From Undibacterium sp. (GTDB lineage: Bacteria > Pseudomonadota > Gammaproteobacteria > Burkholderiales > Burkholderiaceae_D): a DNA stretch of 64,000 bases. Made by a program: the position numbers and the translations under genes. This document shows positions 33,340-42,132 of this stretch, piece after piece. Every line of letters starts with the position of its first letter. Position 1 is the first letter of the stretch. Where the stretch lies: assembly GCF_035487495.1 (NCBI RefSeq), contig NZ_DATHMC010000181.1, one strand, 5' to 3'. The notes beneath the pieces are model-generated. The model did no database searches. It was not told the DNA's origin and worked only from the letters and a program-made list of their open reading frames with translations.

Positions 33340-34332
33340 ATGCATTCCCTGTATATTGGATGGTCGGATAAGCGCCGTTTCGCTTTTGCTTTGCTGGCCG
33401 CACTGCTTGTCATCGCTTCCAGCCTGGCTGATGCGCAGGTTGCACGGATGGAAATTCTTTCATTCCAGTCTACAACGCTGACGGACCAGGAGTTCCTGAC
33501 AAATCGCAAAGAGGGCAAACCAGTCACGCTCGCCGGCGAATTACGCCTGCCGCGCACAGGAAATGACAAATTGCCACTGGTCATCCTGCTGCACGGCTCA
33601 GGAGGCATATCAGGTTATGTCACCGACTGGGAACAAGACTTCAACACGATCGGCGTCGCCACCTTTGTCATCGACAGCTTCTCCGCGCGCGGCATCGCCA
33701 ATACCAATAACGATCAATCCCAACTCGGCCGGCTGGCCATGATCGTCGACGCCTATCGCGCACTGGAATTGCTGGCCAGGCATCCCCGGATAGACCCGGC
33801 GCGCATCGTGCTGATGGGCTTTTCGCGCGGAGGGCAAGCGGCTCTTTACGCCAGCCTGAACCGCTTCCAGCGCATGCACGGACCGCGCGCCGCGGCCTTC
33901 TCCGCCTATATCCCGTTTTATCCCGATTGCAGTACTGCCTATTTCAACGATACTGACGTCGCCGACAAGCCTATCCGCATTTTTCACGGCAGCGCCGACG
34001 ACTATGACCCAGTCGACGTCTGCCGGCCCTACGTCGCACGACTGAAAGCAACAGGCAAGGACGCGCAACTGACCGAATACGCCGGCGCCGGGCACATATT
34101 CGACTGGCAAGCCCTGAAAACCCCGGTGAAACTGAACAAGGCGCAAACTGTCAGGCATTGCCGGCTAATGGAAGTGGATGGCGGCGTGATCGTCAATGCC
34201 GGCACCAAACAGGTTTTCACCTTCGCCGACCCCTGCGTGGAATACGGACCGACGATTGCCTATGATGAGAAATCGTCAACCGCAGCCAGAAAAGCAGTCA
34301 TGGAATTTGTCACCGGCCTCAGGCCGCAATAG
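33340..34332 (+). CDS. Dienelactone hydrolase-family alpha/beta hydrolase, probably exported
   Basis: LHGSGG, nucleophile elbow GFSRGG, HGSADDY and GHIFD motifs; hydrophobic N-terminus ending ADA-Q. Confidence 0.85.
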   Translation: MHSLYIGWSDKRRFAFALLAALLVIASSLADAQVARMEILSFQSTTLTDQEFLTNRKEGKPVTLAGELRLPRTGNDKLPLVILLHGSGGISGYVTDWEQDFNTIGVATFVIDSFSARGIANTNNDQSQLGRLAMIVDAYRALELLARHPRIDPARIVLMGFSRGGQAALYASLNRFQRMHGPRAAAFSAYIPFYPDCSTAYFNDTDVADKPIRIFHGSADDYDPVDVCRPYVARLKATGKDAQLTEYAGAGHIFDWQALKTPVKLNKAQTVRHCRLMEVDGGVIVNAGTKQVFTFADPCVEYGPTIAYDEKSSTAARKAVMEFVTGLRPQ

Positions 34333-34341
34333 ACCGCTGAT

Positions 34342-35277
34342 TCACGGCATCAGGCTGCGCGCGCCCAGCCAGCGTCCGCTGTCGCATAATCCCTGGGTCA
34401 CCTCCAGCACCAGCCGCTCTATCGCACCGGCGGCATTGGTCAGCGGTATATTTTTGGACGAACACAGGACCACGGTGCGCGATATCCTGGCGCCGCCTAT
34501 AGGCCAGGCGCGCAGCTCGCCGCGCTCGATCTCGGACAGCAAGGGCGCCACCGGCAGTATGGTCGCGCCCATATCGGCCAGCAGCGCCGACTTCAGGATG
34601 GCGATGGAATTGATGTCGATCACATTGTCTATCGACAAGCCGGCCTGGCGCACGATGTTTTCTATGCGCGGCCGCACCCCGTGCTGCAGGCCCGGCAAGA
34701 TCAGCGGCGCCTGCAAGGCCTTTTCCAAAGCGATCACTTTGCGCTTGCTGACGAACTGGGAGTCCGCGCGGGCGATGTACATCATCTCCTCCTCGATCAT
34801 GGGCTTGACAGCAAAGCCGGATAGCTGGCCATCGTCAAACAGCACCGCCAGGTTGATGCGCCCCGACTTCAATTGCTCGCTCAGGTTGCCGGTCAGCTCC
34901 TCGGTCATCTGCAAGGAAATTTCGGGGTAGTGCGCGCGCACCGCCCTCAGCAGCGGCAGCGCCAGCGCGCCGGAAGCGCTTTGCGGCAGCCCCAGCGCCA
35001 CTGTCCCGGTGGGCTTGTCGGCCGATTGCGCCACCGCCGATTTGGCGTCGCCGACCTGCTTGAGTATCGCCTGCGCATGTTCGTAAAACAACTTGCCGGC
35101 ATCGGTGGGCAGCATGCCCTGCGCAGAGCGGTGCAGCAAGGCTGCCCCCAGTTCATCTTCCAGCTGCTGCAACTGCTGGGTCAGTGCGGGTTGCACGATA
35201 TGCAGCACCCTGGCCGCGCGCGACAGCGAGCCATGATCGACGATGGCAACGAAATACCGCAGTTGGCGTAGTTCCAT
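34342..35277 (-). CDS. LysR family regulator (Nac/TcuR-like)
   Basis: MELRQLRYFVAIVDHGSLSRAA..QPALTQQ. Confidence 0.93.
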   Translation of the reverse strand: MELRQLRYFVAIVDHGSLSRAARVLHIVQPALTQQLQQLEDELGAALLHRSAQGMLPTDAGKLFYEHAQAILKQVGDAKSAVAQSADKPTGTVALGLPQSASGALALPLLRAVRAHYPEISLQMTEELTGNLSEQLKSGRINLAVLFDDGQLSGFAVKPMIEEEMMYIARADSQFVSKRKVIALEKALQAPLILPGLQHGVRPRIENIVRQAGLSIDNVIDINSIAILKSALLADMGATILPVAPLLSEIERGELRAWPIGGARISRTVVLCSSKNIPLTNAAGAIERLVLEVTQGLCDSGRWLGARSLMP

Positions 35278-35289
35278 CTCAGGCCCGGA

Positions 35290-35739
35290 TCAGTTAAGGA
35301 CAGGCTTGAGCGCGCGCCGCTCCAGCGTTGAAGACAGGATCAGCGACGTCGACGTGACGCCGCAACGGGTCAGCTCCACCAGCACCCGCTCCAGTTCCTG
35401 CACCGACGGCACGATCACCTTGACGATACTGCAATCGTCGCCGGTAATCGAATGACATTCGACGATTTCCGGCAACTGCTCGGCGATGACCGCCACCGAG
35501 CGGTAATCCGAGCGAACGGCAACACGTACAAAGGCGGTGATGCTGTAGCCCAGCGCCGCCGGGTTGACCCGGGCGTGATAGCCGGTGATGACATGGGCGG
35601 CCTCCATGCGCTTGACCCGTTCGGCCACCGCGGGCTGGCTCATATGGATGCGCCGACCGATCTCGGCCAGCGTGACGCGCGCATCCGCCTGCAATATCTC
35701 CAGGATCTTGCCATCCATCTGATCCAGTTCTATTTTCAT
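35290..35739 (-). CDS. Lrp/AsnC family regulator
   Basis: LDQMDGKILEILQADAR..SQPAVAERVKRME and ECHSITGDD motifs. Confidence 0.93.
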   Translation of the reverse strand: MKIELDQMDGKILEILQADARVTLAEIGRRIHMSQPAVAERVKRMEAAHVITGYHARVNPAALGYSITAFVRVAVRSDYRSVAVIAEQLPEIVECHSITGDDCSIVKVIVPSVQELERVLVELTRCGVTSTSLILSSTLERRALKPVLN

Positions 35740-35868
35740 GGAAAACCGCCTTTTTTTCGATTAATTCAAAAGTAATGTAACCCATTTGCCTTCGATTATC
35801 TATTCAAAATCTGTCTGCGCCAGCATACACTGGGCGTCCTACTTTGATTTTTTTGTTTCCATACCATC

Positions 35869-36765
35869 ATGCTGCGTCTGCCCAGACTCGTCCTTCTTGC
35901 CTTGCTGACCGTGTATATCGTGTGGGGCTCAACCTACTACGCGATCCACGTGGCGCTGACCTCGTTCCCGCCTTTCCTGCTGATGGGCACCCGCTTCCTG
36001 GTGGCCGGCGCGCTGTTGTTTGGCTGGCTGAAATGGCGCGGCACGGCCAATCCCAGCCTGCTGCAGTGGCGCGACGCCGGCGTGGTCGGCATTTTGCTGA
36101 TGGGCGGCGGCATGGGCCTGACCGCGGTTGCGCAGCAATACGTGTCCTCCGGACTGACCGCAGTCTTCATCGCCTGTTCGCCGATGATACTGTCTCTGTG
36201 CGTGGGCATGTTCGGCGACTGGCCGAACAAGCGCGAATGGACCGGCATACTGAGCGGTTTCGCCGGTGCCATCCTGCTGGCCGGCAGCGGCGATTTTTCG
36301 GCGCAGCCGATAGGCATCATTGCCTTGCTGGGTGCCATCTTTTGCTGGGATATAGGCTCGGTCTTATCGCAAAGGAAATTGTCCGTGGCGCCAGGTGCGA
36401 TGGGTTTTGCCAGCGAAATGCTGTTGGGCGGCCTGTTCCTGACTATCGTCGCGTTGCTAAAAGGCGAAACTTTCAGCGCGCCGATCACGGCCCCGGCCCT
36501 GCTGGCCTGGTCTTACCTGGTGGTGGCCGGCTCGCTGTTGGCATTTACCGCGTACATGTATCTGCTGTCAGCGGTGCCGCCGGCACTGGCGTCCAGCTAT
36601 GCCTATGTGAATCCGCTGATCGCTGTCACGCTCGGGGTCTTCCTCGGCGGCGAGAAAATCGGCCCGCGTGAAATGCTGGCCATGGGCATCATCCTGGGCA
36701 GCGTGCTGCTGTTGACCATGTCGCGCGCGCGCCCCACATCCGTAGAATTGAAGGAAGCAATATGA
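35869..36765 (+). CDS. EamA/DMT family exporter (YedA-like)
   Basis: VYIVWGSTY and SYAYVNP motifs; about 10 TM helices. Confidence 0.92.
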   Translation: MLRLPRLVLLALLTVYIVWGSTYYAIHVALTSFPPFLLMGTRFLVAGALLFGWLKWRGTANPSLLQWRDAGVVGILLMGGGMGLTAVAQQYVSSGLTAVFIACSPMILSLCVGMFGDWPNKREWTGILSGFAGAILLAGSGDFSAQPIGIIALLGAIFCWDIGSVLSQRKLSVAPGAMGFASEMLLGGLFLTIVALLKGETFSAPITAPALLAWSYLVVAGSLLAFTAYMYLLSAVPPALASSYAYVNPLIAVTLGVFLGGEKIGPREMLAMGIILGSVLLLTMSRARPTSVELKEAI

Positions 36766-37394
36766 GCTGGGACGCCTATCTTATTTTCATCGTCACGACC
36801 GGCGTGATCTGCCTCACCCCCGGCCCCGCCGCCCTGCTGATCGTGGCGCAAGGCATGTCCAACGGCATGCGGCGTTCTTACTGGGCGATCGCCGGCATCG
36901 CCGTGGCCAACGCGATTTACTTCGCGCTGTCGGCCACCGGCATCGCCGCCCTGATCGTCGCCAGCGGCACGCTGTTTTCCATCATCAAGTGGGGCGGCGT
37001 CGCCTACCTGTTTTATCTGGGAGTGTCGGCCCTCATGAACAAGGCCGGCGCGTTTACCGTGACCCAGGACCAGCGGCTGGCGGTGCAAGGGCCGCGCGCT
37101 TTCTGGCATGCGGTGATCGTGGAATTGTCGAACCCGAAAGCCCTGCTGTACTTCGTCGCGCTATTGCCGCAATTTATCGATCCGGCCCAGCCTATAGGGC
37201 GGCAAATGCTGATCTATGGCGTTAGCTGCATAGTCCTGGATGGAATCTCGTACAGCCTGTACGCGTGGCTGGGCAGCAAGACACGGCGCTTCACTGCCAG
37301 CACCCGGTTCGTCAAGCGCAGCAACCGCGCCTCCGGCAGCCTGCTGATTATTGCCGGCGCGTTGATGGCGGGCGTCAAGCGGGCCATCCATTAA
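36762..37394 (+). CDS. LysE/RhtB family translocator
   Basis: LTPGP, VELSNPKA and LPQFI motifs. Confidence 0.92.
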   Translation: MSWDAYLIFIVTTGVICLTPGPAALLIVAQGMSNGMRRSYWAIAGIAVANAIYFALSATGIAALIVASGTLFSIIKWGGVAYLFYLGVSALMNKAGAFTVTQDQRLAVQGPRAFWHAVIVELSNPKALLYFVALLPQFIDPAQPIGRQMLIYGVSCIVLDGISYSLYAWLGSKTRRFTASTRFVKRSNRASGSLLIIAGALMAGVKRAIH

Positions 37395-37416
37395 CGCGAT
37401 TCGCGATCGACGCCGG

Positions 37417-38472
37417 TCAAAAGAATTCGGCGGTATCGTTGGAGCGCTCTGCGTGCAGGTCGCCGCTTTCCACCAGGCTGTCGTAATAACAGGTGCGGTT
37501 GCGGCCATTGCTCTTGGCAAAATACAGCGCCTGGTCCGCGCGTCCCATGATCGCCACCGCCGGTTCGAACGGGTCTATGCGCGCAAAGCCGACGCTGACC
37601 GTGACTTTCCCGACTTGCGGGAAATGGTGCTGCTCTACATTGACGCGGAAACGATCGAAGATATGCTGGGCATCTTCCTGCGTTGTCGAGCGCAGCAGTA
37701 TCACGAATTCTTCGCCGCCGAAACGGAACAAGCGGTCAGTCGGGCGAAAAGAGGAACGCAACAGGTTGGCAATCAGGATCAGCACCTCGTCGCCGTACAG
37801 GTGGCCGAACTGGTCGTTCACCCGCTTGAAGTGGTCTATATCCAGCACGGCCAGCCAGTGTTGCTTTTCCGGTTCGTGATGGCGCCGTTCGGCGCTGCTG
37901 CCCTCGTCATTTTCGCCTTCGCCATTGTTTTGCTGCGAAGTGGCGCGCAATACCTTGGAAAAACTATCGTCGAAAGTTTTTCGATTCAAGAGGCCGGTCA
38001 GTGAATCGCGTTCGCTGTAATCCAGCAGATTCTGGAAATTGCGGTAAACGATCAGTATGCCCTCCATCACCTCCATGGTATTTTGCGTATAGGAAGCGGG
38101 ATTGGTGATTTCCAGGCAAGTGCTGACTTTGTCGTTGATCCAGATGGGCAGCCAGAGTATGCGCTTGCCATCCTCGGTGAGATCTTCGATCAGATTGGAA
38201 TGCTGCGCCAGGCCTTGCTCCAGCGCAGGATATTGGCTAACCGCTTCGCCAGTTTGCAGTGCAGCAAGGTGCTCGTCAACAGTGACAACTTTGCCGTTCT
38301 TGATCGTAATCTGCGGCTGCACAAATATTTGTTTTCCGACGGCAACAACATCCAGTGCGCGCGCATACTCGGCATGAGTCAGCTCGCCTAATGCAGAAAT
38401 CACAGAAATATTGAGGAGATCGTGATCCCGATGACCGGTGATTTCCACAAGGTGCTTGATGATTGATTCCAT
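37417..38472 (-). CDS. Diguanylate cyclase (GGEEF) with a GAF-like N-terminus
   Basis: DSLTGLLNR, DIDHFK, RPTD I-site with FGGEEF, and ADQALY motifs. Confidence 0.93.
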   Translation of the reverse strand: MESIIKHLVEITGHRDHDLLNISVISALGELTHAEYARALDVVAVGKQIFVQPQITIKNGKVVTVDEHLAALQTGEAVSQYPALEQGLAQHSNLIEDLTEDGKRILWLPIWINDKVSTCLEITNPASYTQNTMEVMEGILIVYRNFQNLLDYSERDSLTGLLNRKTFDDSFSKVLRATSQQNNGEGENDEGSSAERRHHEPEKQHWLAVLDIDHFKRVNDQFGHLYGDEVLILIANLLRSSFRPTDRLFRFGGEEFVILLRSTTQEDAQHIFDRFRVNVEQHHFPQVGKVTVSVGFARIDPFEPAVAIMGRADQALYFAKSNGRNRTCYYDSLVESGDLHAERSNDTAEFF

Positions 38473-38608
38473 ACACTCGATCTAGGGCCTGTTAACAATC
38501 AAATTGCAATCAAATTGGGCGTGCGGCCGGGCTGCGATATGGCTTGGCATTCAGCTATTAAATTCTTTGCATCACATTATATGCGAAACATATTGCCCCG
38601 ACCCATTA

Positions 38609-38622
38609 TTGATGTTCATCAA
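38609..38622. promoter_or_regulatory. FNR/Anr consensus site
   Basis: TTGATGTTCATCAA, a perfect TTGAT-N4-ATCAA in a divergent promoter region. Confidence 0.7.
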
Positions 38623-38754
38623 CTATTGTAAAACCACACTCCCTATTGGAAGATTTCCATGGGGCATTATTTCCATGGCCTGCAAAAAACGGCGGCCCGG
38701 TAGTATAGTGACGTGTTACATCGTTTCCTGGCGATAAGCTCGCTCTGCAGAAGC

Positions 38755-38920
38755 ACTAGTGTCCCGAGTTACAAATTCGTTGAAGAAAGCCGATGAAATG
38801 AACGCCATGCTTCGTTGCAAATACTCGCAAGGGGAACCACCCTTGCTGCGTTGTGCGCCTTGCCTGCCGCTCATTGCATCACCTTTCTTATTCAACGAAC
38901 TTCCAACTCAGGACACTAGT
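38755..38920. mobile_element. CTAG-flanked miniature inverted-repeat element, family C
   Basis: Left ACTAGTGTCCCGAGTTACAAATTCGTTGAA; right end reverse complement ACTAGTGTCCTGAGTTGGAAGTTCGTTGAA; internal hairpin GCAAGGG-N6-CCCTTGC. Confidence 0.8.
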
Positions 38921-38961
38921 AGCTGACCGTTACTCTCTTTTTTGGACCATCAGGTATAAAA

Positions 38962-39567
38962 ATGAATAAATCTCATCTACCGCAAGCTGCTGTTGCCGCG
39001 CTGCTCGGCGCCATGTTCGCAGCCAATGCATGCGCTAGCCTGACCGTGCAGGTGATCGACAGTGCAGGCCAGCCGGTGGCGGACGCGGTCGTCTACGCAG
39101 AGGGCTCGGCGCCATTGCTGAAATCCCCGCCGCAAGTGGAGATAGAACAGAAAGACAAGAAATTCATCCCTTTGGTGAGCGTGATCCAGACCGGCACGGC
39201 CATCAATTTCCCGAACAACGACACGGTCAGGCATCACGCCTACTCCTTCTCGACACCCAAGCCCTTCGAACTCAAATTGTATGCAGGCACGCCCGCCAAG
39301 CCGATTATTTTTGACAAAGCGGGAACCGTGGTGGTCGGCTGCAATATCCACGACCAGATGATCGCCTATATACAAATTGTCGATACCCCTTTTTTCGCCA
39401 AAACGGATGCCAGCGGCAAGGCCAGGATAAGCAACATCGTGGCCGGCAAATACGCGCTGAAAACCTGGCACTATAAACAGGCTGCGGGCGCTCCCGTCGA
39501 CGAGCAGGCCATCAACTATAAAGACGATGCCACGATTACTGTTAAACTGAGCTATAAAGCCAGCTAG
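38962..39567 (+). CDS. Exported cupredoxin-fold protein ('methylamine utilization protein' family)
   Basis: Signal peptide; QKDKKFIP, FPNNDTVRHHAYSFS and GCNIHDQM (His/Cys/His/Met type-1 Cu set). Confidence 0.88.
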   Translation: MNKSHLPQAAVAALLGAMFAANACASLTVQVIDSAGQPVADAVVYAEGSAPLLKSPPQVEIEQKDKKFIPLVSVIQTGTAINFPNNDTVRHHAYSFSTPKPFELKLYAGTPAKPIIFDKAGTVVVGCNIHDQMIAYIQIVDTPFFAKTDASGKARISNIVAGKYALKTWHYKQAAGAPVDEQAINYKDDATITVKLSYKAS

Positions 39568-39678
39568 GTGCGGTCAACAAGCCGGCGTCCCTCAACCCGA
39601 CAATAAAAATGCCTGCTCTTTTGCTTAATCACTACCAACAGACCGGCCGCGACAGGCGGTTATCGCCAAGGGTGCCAC

Positions 39679-42060
39679 ATGCGCTTCCATAGCCTGGAAA
39701 GCCGGGTCGTGGCCCTGTTCATTGTCTTAATGCTGGCTGTGCAGCTGGCGAGTTTTTTTACGATCCGCCACGCAATCCAGGCCAATGCCCGCACTTCGAT
39801 CCAGGCCGACTTGAAAGTCGGCGAGCGGCAATTCGGCAATTTGCTGGAGCAAAACGCCCAAAGACTGATCTTCGGCGCACAGGTGCTGGCGTCCGATTAT
39901 GGTTTTCGCACTGCAGCCAGCAGCAATGACCGTAAAACCATAGAATCTGCGCTGTCCAACCATGGAGAACGCATAGGTGCAACCTTGACCATGCTGATCG
40001 GCCTGGACAAGTCAATTACCGCCTCCACCAATGCCGCGCTCGCGGCCAGCCTGCAGCAATCGATCGCGCGGATGATAGCGCAGGCGGAGCAAAGCGGCGG
40101 CACCGCATCCAGCACCTCCATCGTCGAAAGCCATCCTTACCAACTGGTCATCGTGCCGCTGAAAGTACCGGCCACGGTCACCATAGGCTGGGTCGTGATG
40201 GCCATTCCCATCGACCAGAAGATCGTCGCCGACCTGCGCGAACTGTCTTCGATGCAGGTGTCACTGCTGACAAATACAAATGGCGGCCCATGGGCATCCA
40301 ACGTCTCCACGCTGGATCCCGCGGATGCCGATGAATTGACCAGGCAGTTGCCGACGACGCTGGACAAAGCCGTGTTCATACAGGACCTGGAAATAGCCGG
40401 CAACAGCTATAGCGCCCGCGTGCTGCAGCTGGCGCAAAACGCCGGCGAAAACCAGACTACAGTGCTGATTTTGCAAAGGTCGATCAGCGAAGCGATCGCC
40501 CCGTATGAGAACCTGAAACTGACCCTGCTGATACTGACCGGTGTCGGCGTATTGGTGGCGATCATCCTCAGCGTTTTTTCCGCCAGACGCATCACCGGCC
40601 CCATGCGCCAGCTGGCTGAAACCGCCAGGAAACTGGGGGCGGGCGACTACTCCGCCAGCATCGACGTCAAGGGCCAGGATGAGATAGGCGAGCTGGCGCG
40701 TACCTTTATCAGCATGCGCGACGGCATCGCCACCCGCGAGAAAGAGATACGCCATCTGGCTTACTGGGACACCCTGACCAATTTGCCGAACCGGGCCCAA
40801 TTCGCGAATATGCTGCGCGACGCGATCAGGCAGGCGGAATCCAGGGAAGAATCCTGCTATGTATTGATGATGGACCTGGACCGCTTCAAGCACGTCAATG
40901 ACGTGATGGGACATAGTTTTGGCGATCTGTTGCTAACCCAAGTCGCGGTGCGGCTTAGCGCCGAGTTGGGCCAGGGAGCAACCAAGCCTGCGCGCCTGGG
41001 CGGCGATGAGTTCGCGATACTGCTGCCCAACTCCAGCATGGCCGCCGCGCAAGAACTGGCAACCCGCATCCTGCAATCGCTGGAGAAGCCTATCTCGATC
41101 GAGGACCAGACCGTGGACCTCGGTGCGGGCATAGGTATCGCCGGCTTTCCGCAGCATGCAAAGAATGCCGAGACCCTGCTGAGCCATGCAGAAGTGGCGA
41201 TGTACGCGGCCAAGCAAAGGAACAGCGGCGCGGTGACCTATATACCCGAAATCGACAAATCCAGCCAGCAAAGCCTGTCGCTGCTGAGCGAACTCAGGGC
41301 CGCGCTGGATCATGATGCGTTCCGGCTATATGTGCAGCCCAAGGTTGCGCTGGACTCCGGCAAGGTCATTGCGGTAGAAGCCCTGGTACGCTGGGTGCAC
41401 CCAGAGCGCGGCTTTATCTTTCCGGACCAGTTCATCCCGTTTGCCGAACAGACCGGGTTTATCCGCCTGTTGACCCGCTGGGTGCTGGAGCAGGCGGCAC
41501 AGATGTGCAGCGCATGGATAGCCAGGGGCCTGCACCTGAAAATGTCGGTCAACCTGTCCACCCGCGATTTGCTGGACCAGGACCTGCCGAATAAATTTGA
41601 CGAAATCCTGAAACGCCACAATGTGACGCCCGCTTCGTTTTGCCTGGAGATCACCGAGAGCGCCATCATGGATGACCCCATTCGCGCCCAGCAAACCCTG
41701 GAACGCCTGCACGCGATGGGGGTCGATCTGTCGATTGACGACTTCGGCACCGGCTATTCATCGCTGGCCTACCTGAAGAGCCTGCCGGTCGACGAGTTGA
41801 AGATCGACAAATCCTTCGTGCTGAAAATGGAACAAGACCTGGATGATGCCAAGATCGTCCGGTCCACCATCGACCTGGGCCACAACATGGGCTTGCGGGT
41901 CGTGGCAGAAGGCGTGGAAAACCAGGATGTGATGCTGCTGTTGAAAGAAATGGGCTGCGACCAGGCCCAGGGTTATTACATCAGCAAACCCATGCCGGCA
42001 GAACAATTGCCGGAGTGGGTGATGAAGTGGGTGCCGCCGGAATTTTCGGCGGCGGCTTAG
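39679..42060 (+). CDS. Membrane Cache-like/HAMP/GGDEF/EAL protein
   Basis: Two TM helices with a periplasmic domain, HAMP (DEIGELA), RLGGDEF without RxxD, and EALVRW/DDFGTGYSS/EGVE. Confidence 0.93.
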   Translation: MRFHSLESRVVALFIVLMLAVQLASFFTIRHAIQANARTSIQADLKVGERQFGNLLEQNAQRLIFGAQVLASDYGFRTAASSNDRKTIESALSNHGERIGATLTMLIGLDKSITASTNAALAASLQQSIARMIAQAEQSGGTASSTSIVESHPYQLVIVPLKVPATVTIGWVVMAIPIDQKIVADLRELSSMQVSLLTNTNGGPWASNVSTLDPADADELTRQLPTTLDKAVFIQDLEIAGNSYSARVLQLAQNAGENQTTVLILQRSISEAIAPYENLKLTLLILTGVGVLVAIILSVFSARRITGPMRQLAETARKLGAGDYSASIDVKGQDEIGELARTFISMRDGIATREKEIRHLAYWDTLTNLPNRAQFANMLRDAIRQAESREESCYVLMMDLDRFKHVNDVMGHSFGDLLLTQVAVRLSAELGQGATKPARLGGDEFAILLPNSSMAAAQELATRILQSLEKPISIEDQTVDLGAGIGIAGFPQHAKNAETLLSHAEVAMYAAKQRNSGAVTYIPEIDKSSQQSLSLLSELRAALDHDAFRLYVQPKVALDSGKVIAVEALVRWVHPERGFIFPDQFIPFAEQTGFIRLLTRWVLEQAAQMCSAWIARGLHLKMSVNLSTRDLLDQDLPNKFDEILKRHNVTPASFCLEITESAIMDDPIRAQQTLERLHAMGVDLSIDDFGTGYSSLAYLKSLPVDELKIDKSFVLKMEQDLDDAKIVRSTIDLGHNMGLRVVAEGVENQDVMLLLKEMGCDQAQGYYISKPMPAEQLPEWVMKWVPPEFSAAA

Positions 42061-42132
42061 ACCAAAATGCGGGAAGAACGCTAGCCACTCCCCGTTCGCG
42101 CCCAAGGAGCGCAATTTGTCCGGCGGCAGCCT

